Origin: a virus
Direction: 5' to 3' (one strand)
Virus record (IMG/VR): IMGVR_UViG_3300048913_000097
Length of the DNA: 50,010 nt
Shown here: in pieces, positions 22,840 through 32,273 of the stretch
How positions within the stretch are numbered: the first letter of the stretch is position 1
Layout: each line of letters begins with the position of its first letter
Notes under the pieces: generated by a model
Told to the model about the DNA's origin: nothing
Seen by the model: the letters and a program-made list of their open reading frames with translations, nothing else
The model's database searches: none
Position numbers and translations under genes: made by a program

Positions 22840-23123
22840 GAGCGAACCGCCGTTGCGCCAGCCGATTCTACTGCATCACTGCACTCGCGTAGTGTTTCAC
22901 CACGTGTTGGGGCAGCTCGCGGGAATGCGCGCAACGGGAATTCCGGAGGTAATGTGACTACCACACCTCGTAATTGATTCCACGCTGACAAGTCCCCGTC
23001 ATCCCCCGGAGTCGGCCCAAATGCTCCACAACCGTTACATTCGATCCATTGCGTTACATCGAGATCCTTACTGCCGCAGAAAGGACAAGGATTCAGTTCG
23101 TGCTTGTTCTTGTGGTTGATCAT
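22836..23123 (-). CDS. Lar-like zinc-finger protein (possible restriction alleviation)
   Basis: LNPCPFCGSKDL...ECNGCGAFGP...WNQLR resembles Lar-family proteins from memory. Confidence 0.55.
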   Translation of the reverse strand: MINHKNKHELNPCPFCGSKDLDVTQWIECNGCGAFGPTPGDDGDLSAWNQLRGVVVTLPPEFPLRAFPRAAPTRGETLRECSDAVESAGATAVRS

Positions 23124-24865
23124 CGTCTAATACTCCCGTTGATTCGTTCGATTAATGCTTCCATCTCGCTCACCTTTAAAGTTTGCGCCGACCAAAGGTC
23201 TACGGAAAACATCCCAAAAAACTTGCGCATGATCTCCCGGTCACTGAGTCCGGCTGCGCGCTCGTAACCCGCCCACACCGCCTCAGCCTCACGCAACTGC
23301 GCCACGACTTCCTGTGTCGCCACGAGGCGTTTCACGTTACCCAGTACCCCCAGTTGTGGACACCCTTGCGCGACCAACTGGTTACGGTAATCCTCGGGTG
23401 CCGTATCCACACGGGCGATTGCTGCGCGCATCGTCGCGAGTGTGGCTGCGTCCAGTTCGTACAGGTCACCGTCGACCCACTCGACAGACGACCGTTGCGC
23501 AGGTGCCGGGATCGGCTCACCACAGTAAGGACACGCGTCGAGGAAGCGGGGGAACGTACCGGTGCAAGTGTTACACGTTCGGGTGTCGCTCACTTCCGAC
23601 TTGCCCGCGCTGCGACGTTCCCGACGGTCGAGCGATGGTTCGCCATGAGCGATCTCGACCCGCGAACCGTCCGGGTAATGCACGACGGTGGCGTGGCGGG
23701 CGATGTTCCCCACGTGATCGACGTAAATACCCCACTTCTTACCGGGGAGCGGGCGCAGCATCCGACCGGCGCGCTGCACGAACGCCTGCGACGACTCCGT
23801 GGCAGCCGCGTCCTGTACGGCCTCAATGGCGGGCAAGTCGAAGCCTTCCCCGAAAAGTCCCACGTTTACCAGTACGAGATAACCCCGGGCACGAAACTTG
23901 CGCAACGCCTGATAACGTTCCTCGTCACCCGACCCACCATGTACCATTTTCGCCGGGATGCCAGCCGCGTTGTATTCGGTCTCGAACTGGGTCGCCGTTA
24001 CGATGTCCGGGGCGAAAGTGATCGTCAGCAGACCATCTAGCAATTTCCGATAGGTGCGTACGAGGTCACCAGTTAGTTGACCCTTCTCGACGTGGGCGAC
24101 CAACGACGACGTGGCGACTGCTTGGGCCGATGCGTGCGCCGAGATTTCACCCGTGGTCTTACTGACAGCTTTCGTGAGGCTAGACCGGTCGAAGTCTGAC
24201 TTTGGCGCGAACAGTTTGTAATCGGTCAGGTGACCCATGTTGATGAGTTCACGCTGAGTCGGACCAACCGCCAGTGCATCCATCACCCCATCAGCGTGAC
24301 GCCCGAGACCCATACCGTCGGCGCGGTGTGTCCAGGCAGTCACGCCCAGGCCGCGAGCGTTCGGGAACATCGACGTACCCTTACCCCATTTATTGTCCTT
24401 CAGGACATGGTGAGCCTCGTCCATCACCCACAGCTTGACAGTCGGCAGCCACGACGCAAGCTGATCACCACGACGCACCAACGTATCGATCCCTGCGACT
24501 GCGCATTTGCTAGACGGGTCGTAATAGGACGCGCCGACCTCTTCCATGTGCAGGCGTACGATCATCTTGACGACTGACTGTGGTCCGATGATCCGGTGAC
24601 GCACACGGTTGCGGGCGAGCGCTAAACTGATCTGACTGACCAGTTCCTGACGGTGAGCGACGGCACAGGATGCGTGGGTTTCGTCCGCCATGATCGTGGA
24701 GAACAGAGCAGTCTTACCGCCACCCGTAGGCAACACAGCGAGAACGTTTTGGGCACCCATCGCCCACGCTGATTCCACATCGTCGCGTAGTTTCTGCTGA
24801 TACGGGCGCAGCGTGATCCGTGCAACCGCATCAGCCAGTAACGTTCGGTGGAGGGCGACGGTCAT
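23120..24865 (-). CDS. SF2 (DEAH-type) DNA helicase with C-terminal zinc ribbon
   Basis: LPTGGGKT (I), DEAH (II), QRAGRMLRP (VI), and CNTC...CPYCG. Confidence 0.88.
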   Translation of the reverse strand: MTVALHRTLLADAVARITLRPYQQKLRDDVESAWAMGAQNVLAVLPTGGGKTALFSTIMADETHASCAVAHRQELVSQISLALARNRVRHRIIGPQSVVKMIVRLHMEEVGASYYDPSSKCAVAGIDTLVRRGDQLASWLPTVKLWVMDEAHHVLKDNKWGKGTSMFPNARGLGVTAWTHRADGMGLGRHADGVMDALAVGPTQRELINMGHLTDYKLFAPKSDFDRSSLTKAVSKTTGEISAHASAQAVATSSLVAHVEKGQLTGDLVRTYRKLLDGLLTITFAPDIVTATQFETEYNAAGIPAKMVHGGSGDEERYQALRKFRARGYLVLVNVGLFGEGFDLPAIEAVQDAAATESSQAFVQRAGRMLRPLPGKKWGIYVDHVGNIARHATVVHYPDGSRVEIAHGEPSLDRRERRSAGKSEVSDTRTCNTCTGTFPRFLDACPYCGEPIPAPAQRSSVEWVDGDLYELDAATLATMRAAIARVDTAPEDYRNQLVAQGCPQLGVLGNVKRLVATQEVVAQLREAEAVWAGYERAAGLSDREIMRKFFGMFSVDLWSAQTLKVSEMEALIERINGSIRR

Positions 24866-24996
24866 TTAGCCACCCGGATCGTGTTGAATCGCTCGATAGC
24901 TACGATGTCGAATAGCACGGGGAGGACAAGCAACCAACCAGACCAATCGTCACTGAATGCGAATCGCAGAATGAAATACGCCGCCAATGTGATCAT
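24862..24996 (-). CDS. Hypothetical small membrane protein, 44 aa
   Basis: Below the track cutoff. ATGA overlaps at both ends (24993-24996 and 24862-24865). Confidence 0.45.
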   Translation of the reverse strand: MITLAAYFILRFAFSDDWSGWLLVLPVLFDIVAIERFNTIRVAK

Positions 24997-25160
24997 GACT
25001 CACCCCGCTTAACCGCATCGACTGTGACCGTAATCGACTCATCCGAGCGAGAAACGACACGTGGCGTCCCGAAGTTATACCCGCCAGACAGTTCACCCAT
25101 CAGGCGTTCCAGTACGGTCGTCCAGGGTGTGGCGCGTGGGCCGGTGTATTGGATGATCAC
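24993..25160 (-). CDS. Hypothetical small protein, 55 aa
   Basis: Below the track cutoff. GTG 25160 overlaps the upstream stop (GTGA), with GGGAG 10 nt upstream. Confidence 0.42.
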   Translation of the reverse strand: MIIQYTGPRATPWTTVLERLMGELSGGYNFGTPRVVSRSDESITVTVDAVKRGES

Positions 25161-25456
25161 GATGGGTCGCTCCCGTTAATGGTGGTCGTGTTAATAGTTT
25201 TGAGGGTGACACCACCATCAGTCAGCTCGGCGGTTATATAGTCGAGCAAATCCCTTGGGTCGTCCGACTCGGTGTAGTAGTCGCGAGGTGGTAGTTCAAT
25301 CACCAGTGCAGCGCGGGACGCTTGCCATGCTAGCCAACGGTCGTTGATTCGATAATCAGAGTATGTACCGTCGCTATTTTGATTCAACCCAGCGCCGTGA
25401 CGTGTCACAACCTTGCGACTCACCACCCACGCTTCAAACTCTTCACGCATTCCCAT
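25157..25456 (-). CDS. Hypothetical protein, 99 aa (first gene of the leftward early block)
   Basis: AGGGGAA 7 nt upstream of the ATG. Confidence 0.7.
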   Translation of the reverse strand: MGMREEFEAWVVSRKVVTRHGAGLNQNSDGTYSDYRINDRWLAWQASRAALVIELPPRDYYTESDDPRDLLDYITAELTDGGVTLKTINTTTINGSDPS

Positions 25457-25474
25457 TTTTATTCCCCTGATGTG

Positions 25475-25503
25475 TTGACGACGTCGTCATGTTCGCATAG
25501 GAT
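25475..25503 (+). promoter_or_regulatory. Operator-promoter: TTGACG-N17-TAGGAT, dyad 25476-25489 (replication operon)
   Basis: TTGACGacgtcgtcatgttcgcaTAGGAT in the 80-bp divergent region. Confidence 0.6.
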
Positions 25504-25536
25504 TGCCCCACATTCAACCAACGCAGAGAAATAAAC

Positions 25537-26496
25537 ATGCACATCAGTATCGACAACGAAACCAACCCGATGGAAATGCACCACATCGCCGTAGCGCTTC
25601 AACGTATCGCCGCCGAGCGTGGTTATGAAGCCCCAGCCGAAGCCTGTCGTAGCACGGCATCTCGCACAGAGACCGTCGGTGAACTGTCGGTAAAGCTTGA
25701 CATCGACACGACCGACGCCACGTCGGCTGTTGAAGCGCTCGCCGATCTGATCGACCGTACCGGCGTGAAGGTTGAAGACGTACCTCCGATGACTGTAACG
25801 GTGGACGAACCCGTACGTGCCCCGGCTGATATGACCGATGCGGAACATTTCCAATCGTGCATCGATGCGGGAACCGTAATCATCACCCCATCACCATCCG
25901 CCGACACGAACCTCGACGTCAACGGTCTACCATGGGACGCACGTATCCACGCTGGCAGCCGTGAGCGCAACACCGACGGGTCGTGGCGTGTGCGTCGTCG
26001 CCCTAAAGGTGTCGAGGAAGCCGACTGGGACGCCACACTGGCCCGTGTGACCGCTGAGCTGACCGATTTGATGGCGATTCCTGTAGCTGACGCGGCGGCT
26101 GAGGAAGCGCAGGTGTTGACTGACGCTGAAGTCGATGCGTTTGTGGATATAGTCCATGGCGTTACGGGTGAGATCGATCAACACGGTGAACTGGTAAGCG
26201 CCGAGACGGTGTTTGTAGCACCCCCAGTAACCATCGCACCACCTGTAGTCGTCCCACCGGTTACCGCTGTGGCGCCGCCGATCACTGTCGACAAACCAGC
26301 AATCGAGACCTTCGCCCAACTCATGTCCTGGCTCACCAGTCGCACCCCGAAAGACGAAGCGGCGAAACCAGCGATGGTGGTCAAGGTTAACGAGATCCTG
26401 GCGGCGAACGGCCTGACCACTCTGCAACAACTGGGTCAACGTGTGGATCTGATCCCACAGGTTCTGGTGCAATTCCAAGCCGCGTTTGGGGAGTAA
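25537..26496 (+). CDS. Hypothetical protein, 319 aa, with PWDARIH motif and Pro/Val-rich linker
   Basis: First gene of the replication operon. It contains DVNGLPWDARIHAGSRERNTDGSWRVRRR and APPVTIAPPVVVPPVTAVAPP. Confidence 0.78.
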   Translation: MHISIDNETNPMEMHHIAVALQRIAAERGYEAPAEACRSTASRTETVGELSVKLDIDTTDATSAVEALADLIDRTGVKVEDVPPMTVTVDEPVRAPADMTDAEHFQSCIDAGTVIITPSPSADTNLDVNGLPWDARIHAGSRERNTDGSWRVRRRPKGVEEADWDATLARVTAELTDLMAIPVADAAAEEAQVLTDAEVDAFVDIVHGVTGEIDQHGELVSAETVFVAPPVTIAPPVVVPPVTAVAPPITVDKPAIETFAQLMSWLTSRTPKDEAAKPAMVVKVNEILAANGLTTLQQLGQRVDLIPQVLVQFQAAFGE

Positions 26497-26501
26497 GGGT
26501 T

Positions 26502-26777
26502 ATGGGTCAGTACACACCGGGGCCGTGGGACAATTCCAAACGCGTCGTGATATGTAATCAAGATGACGCAGGTATTCAGATTAGTTACCTCAGAACTTCA
26601 GATCCGAATCGTCGTGCTGAGGGTCGTGCAAATGCTTTTTTGATTGCTGCCGCACCTGACTTGCTTGAGGCTTTATCAGAGTTTCTTGAGCTTTACGAGA
26701 GCGACGAAGGATGTATTGAGTTACCTCAGTATTGTGCGGCAGCTGCTGCAATCGCTAAAGCCCGAGGTGACCAATGA
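26502..26777 (+). CDS. Hypothetical protein, 91 aa
   Basis: GPW...ANAFLIAAAPDLLEAL is a recurrent small phage protein signature of unknown function. Confidence 0.72.
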   Translation: MGQYTPGPWDNSKRVVICNQDDAGIQISYLRTSDPNRRAEGRANAFLIAAAPDLLEALSEFLELYESDEGCIELPQYCAAAAAIAKARGDQ

Positions 26778-27940
26778 TCCTCCCACTCGTACACGACAGT
26801 AACGACTGGATGCGCTGCCTGGGGGCGGCGCAAGCCCGAGCCGCCTACCCGGGCGTACCGTCTGAACCATCCGAGTCGAAGCTTGAGGGTCGCGCCTGTC
26901 ACGAGGCCAGTCAGCAACTGCTCGAACGCTGGCGCAAGGGTGGCGTGCTGGACTTTTCCGGCATCGTCGGGAGCCTCAGCAAAGACGGCATCGTGATCAC
27001 GCAAGAATTGTTCGACGCGGCGTATGAGTACGTCAACGACGTAGCGAAATTTTGCGACTTCAACTTCCTCACCAAAGAGGTGCGCGTTGAACAACGTGTC
27101 GACCTGAGCCGCTGGCTTCCAGGCTGGTACTGCATCCCCGACGCCTACGTGTACGACGTGTCGAGTAACGTACTCACCGTGTGGGATGCGAAGTTCGGTC
27201 ACAGCATCGTTGATGTTTTCGAAAACTGGCAATTGCTCATCGGTGCGTTCGGGATCATTCAGGCGCTCGACATCACCGAACCGGTGCGTCAGGCGGTCAA
27301 GCTGGACTTACGCGTTGTGCAACCTCGCGGGTTCACCAGTCAGGGTACGATTCGCAAATGGTTTGTTACCGCCGGTGGCGACGGGGTTGGTAAATACTGG
27401 GCGCAGTTACACGCAGCGTTACCAGTCGTAACCGGTGAATCACCGCCGACCAAGTTCGGGACGCAGTGTAAAAACTGTTCCGCCCGTGCCAACTGCGACA
27501 CGCTGAGTCGGGTTGCTTACGAGGGTATAGACTTCGCCGGATCGCTCCAAACCCACACGTTGACGGGCCACAACCTCGGTGTGGACTTGAAGCTGTTACG
27601 TCGTGCACAGAAAGCTATCGAGTACCGTCTCAGCGGCCTGGAGGAACAGGCGATTCATGAGCTAAGCAATGGAGGGCTGGTGTCGTATTTCAGCACCGAG
27701 CGCGGTAAGGGTCGTGAGCGTTGGAAGAAAGACGTACCACACGCCGAAGTGATCATGATGGGTGACTTGCTGGGTGTGGATATTCGCAAACCTGTCGAGA
27801 TGGATACACCTGCACAAGTTCGTAAAAAAGGCATTGACGAATCCGTCATAGCTGAATACAGTGAGACACCAATGACCGCACTGAAGCTGGTCGAGGTTGA
27901 CGGTGCCAAGATCCGTCAGATATTCAACACACAAGGGTAA
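26774..27940 (+). CDS. PD-(D/E)XK (Cas4/RecB-like, DUF2800-type) nuclease
   Basis: VWDAKFGHSIVDVFENWQL has the DxK core. A Cys cluster CKNCSARANC is also present. Confidence 0.82.
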   Translation: MILPLVHDSNDWMRCLGAAQARAAYPGVPSEPSESKLEGRACHEASQQLLERWRKGGVLDFSGIVGSLSKDGIVITQELFDAAYEYVNDVAKFCDFNFLTKEVRVEQRVDLSRWLPGWYCIPDAYVYDVSSNVLTVWDAKFGHSIVDVFENWQLLIGAFGIIQALDITEPVRQAVKLDLRVVQPRGFTSQGTIRKWFVTAGGDGVGKYWAQLHAALPVVTGESPPTKFGTQCKNCSARANCDTLSRVAYEGIDFAGSLQTHTLTGHNLGVDLKLLRRAQKAIEYRLSGLEEQAIHELSNGGLVSYFSTERGKGRERWKKDVPHAEVIMMGDLLGVDIRKPVEMDTPAQVRKKGIDESVIAEYSETPMTALKLVEVDGAKIRQIFNTQG

Positions 27941-28782
27941 TGAGCATGGCTACCAAGTACACCCCGTTTAAAGCACGTCTGGTTATGGGCTCCCCGTTCG
28001 AACTGAAGACCACCGACCACGAGGGTAAGCCTCAACCTGACGAATCGAAACACAACTGGTTTATGGCGTTTGCCGTACCGAAAGGTCCTGAGTGGGACAA
28101 GCTGTGGGCGACCATGTACAACGACGCTGCTGCTGATCCAGCGTGCACCGCTGCACTGTGCGGCCAACCCGGTTTCAACTGGAAAACTGAAGACTGTGAC
28201 GCACCTGAAAACCCAAAGAACCTGGGTACCGATTCGCGTCCAGCCGGTCACATGCTCATCAAGTTCACTCGTTACAAGAACATGGGTCCGGTCACGTTGA
28301 TCGACGGTAACAAACAACCGATCACGAACAAAAACGCCATCAGAAAGGGCGATTACTTCTGGATCGGTGCGTCGACCAAATTCAACGGTGCGGCCACCGT
28401 CAAGACCAACGCCGGGATGTATCAGAACATCGAAGGTATGATGTTCGCTGAGCGTGGTCCCGAGATCGTCAGCGAGGGCGCGTTCAACGCCGACGTCGAG
28501 TTTGCCGGTATCCAAGGTGGGTTGGTCGAAAACGGTGGTACCAGCCAGGAAGGTGCACCGGTCGCAGCGAAGCCACCAGTGGTGCACACCCCGCCACCTG
28601 TAGTCGCCGCCGCTGTTACACCGCCGCCACCGGCTCACGATCTGGTAACCCCACCACCTGTAGTGGTCCCGGTCGTCGAGAAGTACGAGTACAACGGCAA
28701 CGTGTTGACCAAAGCTGAATGGCTCGCAATGCCGGGTTGGGACGAAGCGCTGGTCGCCTCACACTGCAAACTCGTCGCGTAA
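27940..28782 (+). CDS. ssDNA-binding protein, gp2.5/DUF2815-like
   Basis: It lies directly after the DUF2800-type gene. KGDYFWIGASTKF...NAGMYQNIEGMMFAERG resembles the gp2.5-family OB fold. The tail is Pro-rich. Confidence 0.68.
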   Translation: MSMATKYTPFKARLVMGSPFELKTTDHEGKPQPDESKHNWFMAFAVPKGPEWDKLWATMYNDAAADPACTAALCGQPGFNWKTEDCDAPENPKNLGTDSRPAGHMLIKFTRYKNMGPVTLIDGNKQPITNKNAIRKGDYFWIGASTKFNGAATVKTNAGMYQNIEGMMFAERGPEIVSEGAFNADVEFAGIQGGLVENGGTSQEGAPVAAKPPVVHTPPPVVAAAVTPPPPAHDLVTPPPVVVPVVEKYEYNGNVLTKAEWLAMPGWDEALVASHCKLVA

Positions 28783-28792
28783 CCATCCGATT

Positions 28793-28813
28793 GGCCCGGT
28801 GACACGGGCCTTT
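28793..28813 (+). terminator. Weak terminator/attenuator-like hairpin
   Basis: GGCCCG-gtgaca-CGGGCC followed by only TTT. Confidence 0.3.
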
Positions 28814-28835
28814 CAACCACGATCAGGGAATTCAC

Positions 28836-29360
28836 ATGCAGGTCATGCTCGACATCGAGACAATGGGTAACGGTTCGCAAGCGGCAATCATCGCCATCGG
28901 CGCCGTGGCTTTCGATCTTAATGGCGTACACGCCAAGTTTTACGCGCAATGCAGTCTCGAATCATCCGTGAAAGCCGGGCTCGTGATGGACACCTCGACC
29001 ATCCTGTGGTGGTTGCAACAGTCCGAACAAGCCCGTGCAGCGTTCAAGGGTAACGAGTCAGCCGACCCGCTGGAGGAAGCATTGCGACTGTTCTCGTGGT
29101 TCTGCATGGAAAACCAAGTGTCCGGCATGTGGGGCAATGGCGCGACCTTCGACAACGTGATCATGTCGAACGCCTATCGCCTCACCGGCATTGATCAACC
29201 CTGGAAGTTCTGGCACGACCGCTGCTATCGCACGATCAAATCGATGTACCCGTCGGTCAAGCTCGTCCGGACCGGTACACACCACAACGCGGTCGATGAC
29301 GCCGAGAGTCAGGCGGTGCATCTGATCGACATCTGTAAAACTTACGGGGTGACACTGTAA
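28836..29360 (+). CDS. DnaQ-like 3'-5' exonuclease
   Basis: MLDIETMG (Exo I), ...WGNGATFDN (Exo II), [10 protein letters not shown] (Exo III). Confidence 0.82.
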   Translation: MQVMLDIETMGNGSQAAIIAIGAVAFDLNGVHAKFYAQCSLESSVKAGLVMDTSTILWWLQQSEQARAAFKGNESADPLEEALRLFSWFCMENQVSGMWGNGATFDNVIMSNAYRLTGIDQPWKFWHDRCYRTIKSMYPSVKLVRTGTHHNAVDDAESQAVHLIDICKTYGVTL

Positions 29361-29698
29361 TGGATAATCAGCATCGTCAAATTGTTGGATACCGCGAACT
29401 GACTCAGGAAGATATCGACCTGATGAATCGTATCAAAATGGCAGGAAACGCCTTACTTGAACTACAACGAGAGGTTGCCGCCAAACTTGGCGAGACTGAC
29501 GGATCAACTCATGCCCGACGTGCGGCAGCGCATAACGCGATGGGTGGTTCGTATATGATACCTCGCGACCCGGTCGACCCTGAAATCACCGCTCGTTTCG
29601 CGATTGCAGAACCACATCGTTGGGCAGCTATCGCGAAAACCGATATCCAGACTGGCGTCATGGCGCTTGTTCGAGCCGTCGCTCAACCTGTAGACTGA
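29360..29698 (+). CDS. Hypothetical protein, 112 aa
   Basis: The ATG overlaps the upstream stop (TAATG). No assignable motif. Confidence 0.72.
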   Translation: MDNQHRQIVGYRELTQEDIDLMNRIKMAGNALLELQREVAAKLGETDGSTHARRAAAHNAMGGSYMIPRDPVDPEITARFAIAEPHRWAAIAKTDIQTGVMALVRAVAQPVD

Positions 29699-29718
29699 CC
29701 AATCTGTCACACTACGCG

Positions 29719-29744
29719 AAGCCCGGCACAGACCGGGCTTTTTC
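29719..29744 (+). terminator. Intrinsic terminator immediately upstream of the polymerase gene
   Basis: AAGCCCGG-cacaga-CCGGGCTT followed by TTT(C). Confidence 0.7.
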
Positions 29745-29760
29745 ACACAGGGAGAACGAT

Positions 29761-31905
29761 ATGCGCCTTTTATCCCGCTGCGAACCTATCAACGGTTGCG
29801 GCAAGACATACCCCGCCGACCTCGACAAATGCCCCCACTGTGGCACCCCTGAAGCGTTCAGCGTTGCTGCGCCGCTCGACCCACGGGATTGGGGGTGGGA
29901 TTTGGAAACTTACCCCAATGTGATCACAGCGTCGTTTATTCACGCAGCGACCGGGCTTGAGGTTGTGTTCGAGATTTCCGACCGTCGCAATCAAGTTGTC
30001 GAGCTGATCGAGTTCGTACTGGGCCTGGGTCGCAGCAAAGCACGTGGTATCGGTTACAACAACCTGGGATTCGACTATCCGATCATTCATTGGCTCGTCG
30101 CGAACCCTAACGCCACGGCGGCGCAGATCTACGTCCATGCGATGAAAATCCTCAAGGCGAGTGACGCCGACCGGTTCGGTATGACTATCTGGGAGAGCGA
30201 CCACGTATTCGAACAACTCGACCCAATGAAAATCTGTCACTTCGATAACAACAACAAGCGCACCAGCCTCAAGGCGCTTGAGATCGTCATGCGCTCGCGT
30301 AACGTGATCGACCTCCCATTCCCCGTCGGTATCCCGCTGCGCGATGATCAGATCGACGAATTGATCGCGTACAACAAACACGACGTCCGAGAAACTCTGA
30401 AGTTCTACGTTCGGATTCTCCCCGAGGTGCATCTGCGCGAGGCGCTGTCGAAGCGTTACGAAACTCGCATGATGAACATGAGTAACACCAAAATCGGCGC
30501 AACGATTCTCGTCAAAGAGATGGAAGCGTCCGGCATTGTGTGTTTTGACCGAGGACCAGGGGGTAAGCATCCCCGCCAAACGTACCGCGATAGTATCAAC
30601 CTCGGGGACGTGATCTTTCCATATGTCAAGTTCGAACGTCCCGAATTCATTCAAGTCGTTGAGCAGTTCAAAGCGAAAACGCTACGTCGAACCGACATGG
30701 GTGAAGAGGTCAAGACGAAAGGTGCATTCGCCAACATCGAGGCGACCATCGACGGGTTTGACTATGTGTTCGGTCTTGGGGGAATCCACGGGTCTGTCGT
30801 TTCGCAGATCGTGAGGTCCGATGACGAATACATGATCATCGATGCCGATGTGACGTCGTTCTATCCGAAAATGGCTATCGTCAATCGACTGTACCCAGCG
30901 CACCTGGGGGAAGCGTATTGCGACAGTTACAACGGCGTATTCCTTCAGCGTGCAACCTTCGCGAAGGGAACACCCGAAAACGCTGCACTCAAGGAATCGC
31001 TAAACGCGTCATACGGCAACTCAAACAACAAATTCAGCTGTCTGTTCGATCCGTATTACACGATGGCGACCACTATCAATGGTCAACTGTCGCTGTGCAT
31101 GCTCGCTGAACAACTCGTCAAAATCCCCGACATGACGATGATTCAGTGCAACACCGACGGCCTCACAGTGCGTATTCCACGGTCGTTTGAGGCGCATTTC
31201 TACAGCGTGTGCAAGTGGTGGGAGAGTGTGACGCAACTGAACCTCGAATACGCGCTCTATTCGCGAATGATTATCAGAGACGTCAATTCGTACATCGCGG
31301 AGTACGAGGGTGGTAAGCTCAAGCGCAAAGGCGCGTACGAATACAACACCCTGTGGCATCAAGACCCGTCGGCACAGGTGGTCGCCCGGGCGGCTGAAGC
31401 GGCGTTGGTGCGCGGCGAATCGGTACGTGCGTTCATCACCAATCACCGTGACCCGTTCGACTTCATGTGCCGCGCCAAGGTGCCAAGATCGAACTCGCTA
31501 CACTTGCGTTTCAAGGATTGGGGCATCGATCAACAGTTGCAGGGGACAACCCGTTACTTCGTCAGTCGCAACGGTGGAACGCTCGTGAAGGTCGCACCGC
31601 CGACGGGCGAGCCTGGGACGTGGAAGCGTAAAGCGAAGCTGACCGACTCGAACTTCAACGCCGTGATGCGTGAGATCGCGGGTCAACCCGGTGACCTCGA
31701 CAGCGCTGGTACGCCGTGGGACGCACGAATCCACACGGGCAATCGCAGCAAGCATGACACCCGCGAAACTGGTATATGCAGCGGCTGGCGCGTCACAGAG
31801 TGCGCCGATGCGCGTCACTTCGACTGGAGCGATGTCGACTATCGTTGGTATATACAAGAAACAGAGAAACTGGTGAATCCGTTGTTGACGAGTTCGTCAT
31901 GCTAG
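29761..31905 (+). CDS. Family-B-type DNA polymerase with N-terminal zinc ribbon
   Basis: Exo motifs: WDLET, GYNNLGFDYPI, YNKHDV. Pol motifs: DADVTSFYP (A, DxxSLYP-like), KESLNASYG (B, KxxxNSxYG-like), NTDG (C). CGKTYPADLDKCPHCG lies at the N-terminus. GGGAGA 6 nt upstream of ATG 29761. Confidence 0.88.
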   Translation: MRLLSRCEPINGCGKTYPADLDKCPHCGTPEAFSVAAPLDPRDWGWDLETYPNVITASFIHAATGLEVVFEISDRRNQVVELIEFVLGLGRSKARGIGYNNLGFDYPIIHWLVANPNATAAQIYVHAMKILKASDADRFGMTIWESDHVFEQLDPMKICHFDNNNKRTSLKALEIVMRSRNVIDLPFPVGIPLRDDQIDELIAYNKHDVRETLKFYVRILPEVHLREALSKRYETRMMNMSNTKIGATILVKEMEASGIVCFDRGPGGKHPRQTYRDSINLGDVIFPYVKFERPEFIQVVEQFKAKTLRRTDMGEEVKTKGAFANIEATIDGFDYVFGLGGIHGSVVSQIVRSDDEYMIIDADVTSFYPKMAIVNRLYPAHLGEAYCDSYNGVFLQRATFAKGTPENAALKESLNASYGNSNNKFSCLFDPYYTMATTINGQLSLCMLAEQLVKIPDMTMIQCNTDGLTVRIPRSFEAHFYSVCKWWESVTQLNLEYALYSRMIIRDVNSYIAEYEGGKLKRKGAYEYNTLWHQDPSAQVVARAAEAALVRGESVRAFITNHRDPFDFMCRAKVPRSNSLHLRFKDWGIDQQLQGTTRYFVSRNGGTLVKVAPPTGEPGTWKRKAKLTDSNFNAVMREIAGQPGDLDSAGTPWDARIHTGNRSKHDTRETGICSGWRVTECADARHFDWSDVDYRWYIQETEKLVNPLLTSSSC

Positions 31906-31913
31906 GTGATACT
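31885..31913 (+). promoter_or_regulatory. Operator-promoter: TTGACG-N17-GATACT, dyad 31886-31899
   Basis: It lies in the last codons of the polymerase gene and points into 31932..32273. Confidence 0.5.
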
Positions 31914-31931
31914 GGTCGCACACAACAGGGG

Positions 31932-32273
31932 ATGAATCAAATGACCGAAATACTGATAACTGGTCGTGATGAGATATGCGGTGACCACGGGTTTGTAATC
32001 GAGTGGGAGGCAATGGATTATCGTTTGTCTTTCAAAGTTCATCAAATCGAAGGTCGATACGTTGACAGTAACGAGATCGTCGGACTGGAAGAGGTGATTC
32101 ACGGAGATATCAAATGGGACGGGTGTGCAAATATCCTGTACGACAGTGGAAACTATGCACACTACTGTTCACCTCAAGGCCTGATCGATCAGGCGACCGC
32201 TCTGCGCTGGGTATACGAAAAAGCCCGTGAAGTTATTCCAAACAATATTATCGACGCTTGGCCTGACGCTTAA
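31932..32273 (+). CDS. Hypothetical protein, 113 aa
   Basis: CAGGGG upstream of ATG 31932. The track ORF begins inside the polymerase gene. Confidence 0.68.
   Translation: MNQMTEILITGRDEICGDHGFVIEWEAMDYRLSFKVHQIEGRYVDSNEIVGLEEVIHGDIKWDGCANILYDSGNYAHYCSPQGLIDQATALRWVYEKAREVIPNNIIDAWPDA

Noticed and set aside
23183-24040. 285-aa and 235-aa plus-strand ORFs (also 23314..24021)
   Set aside because: They are antisense to the SF2 helicase gene. The translations are Arg/Pro-rich, and there is no start context.
27916-28638. 240-aa minus-strand ORF
   Set aside because: It is antisense to the SSB-like gene inside a tightly coupled plus-strand operon.
29770-30654. 294-aa minus-strand ORF
   Set aside because: It is antisense to the DNA polymerase gene, whose motifs are unambiguous. 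It is a shadow ORF.
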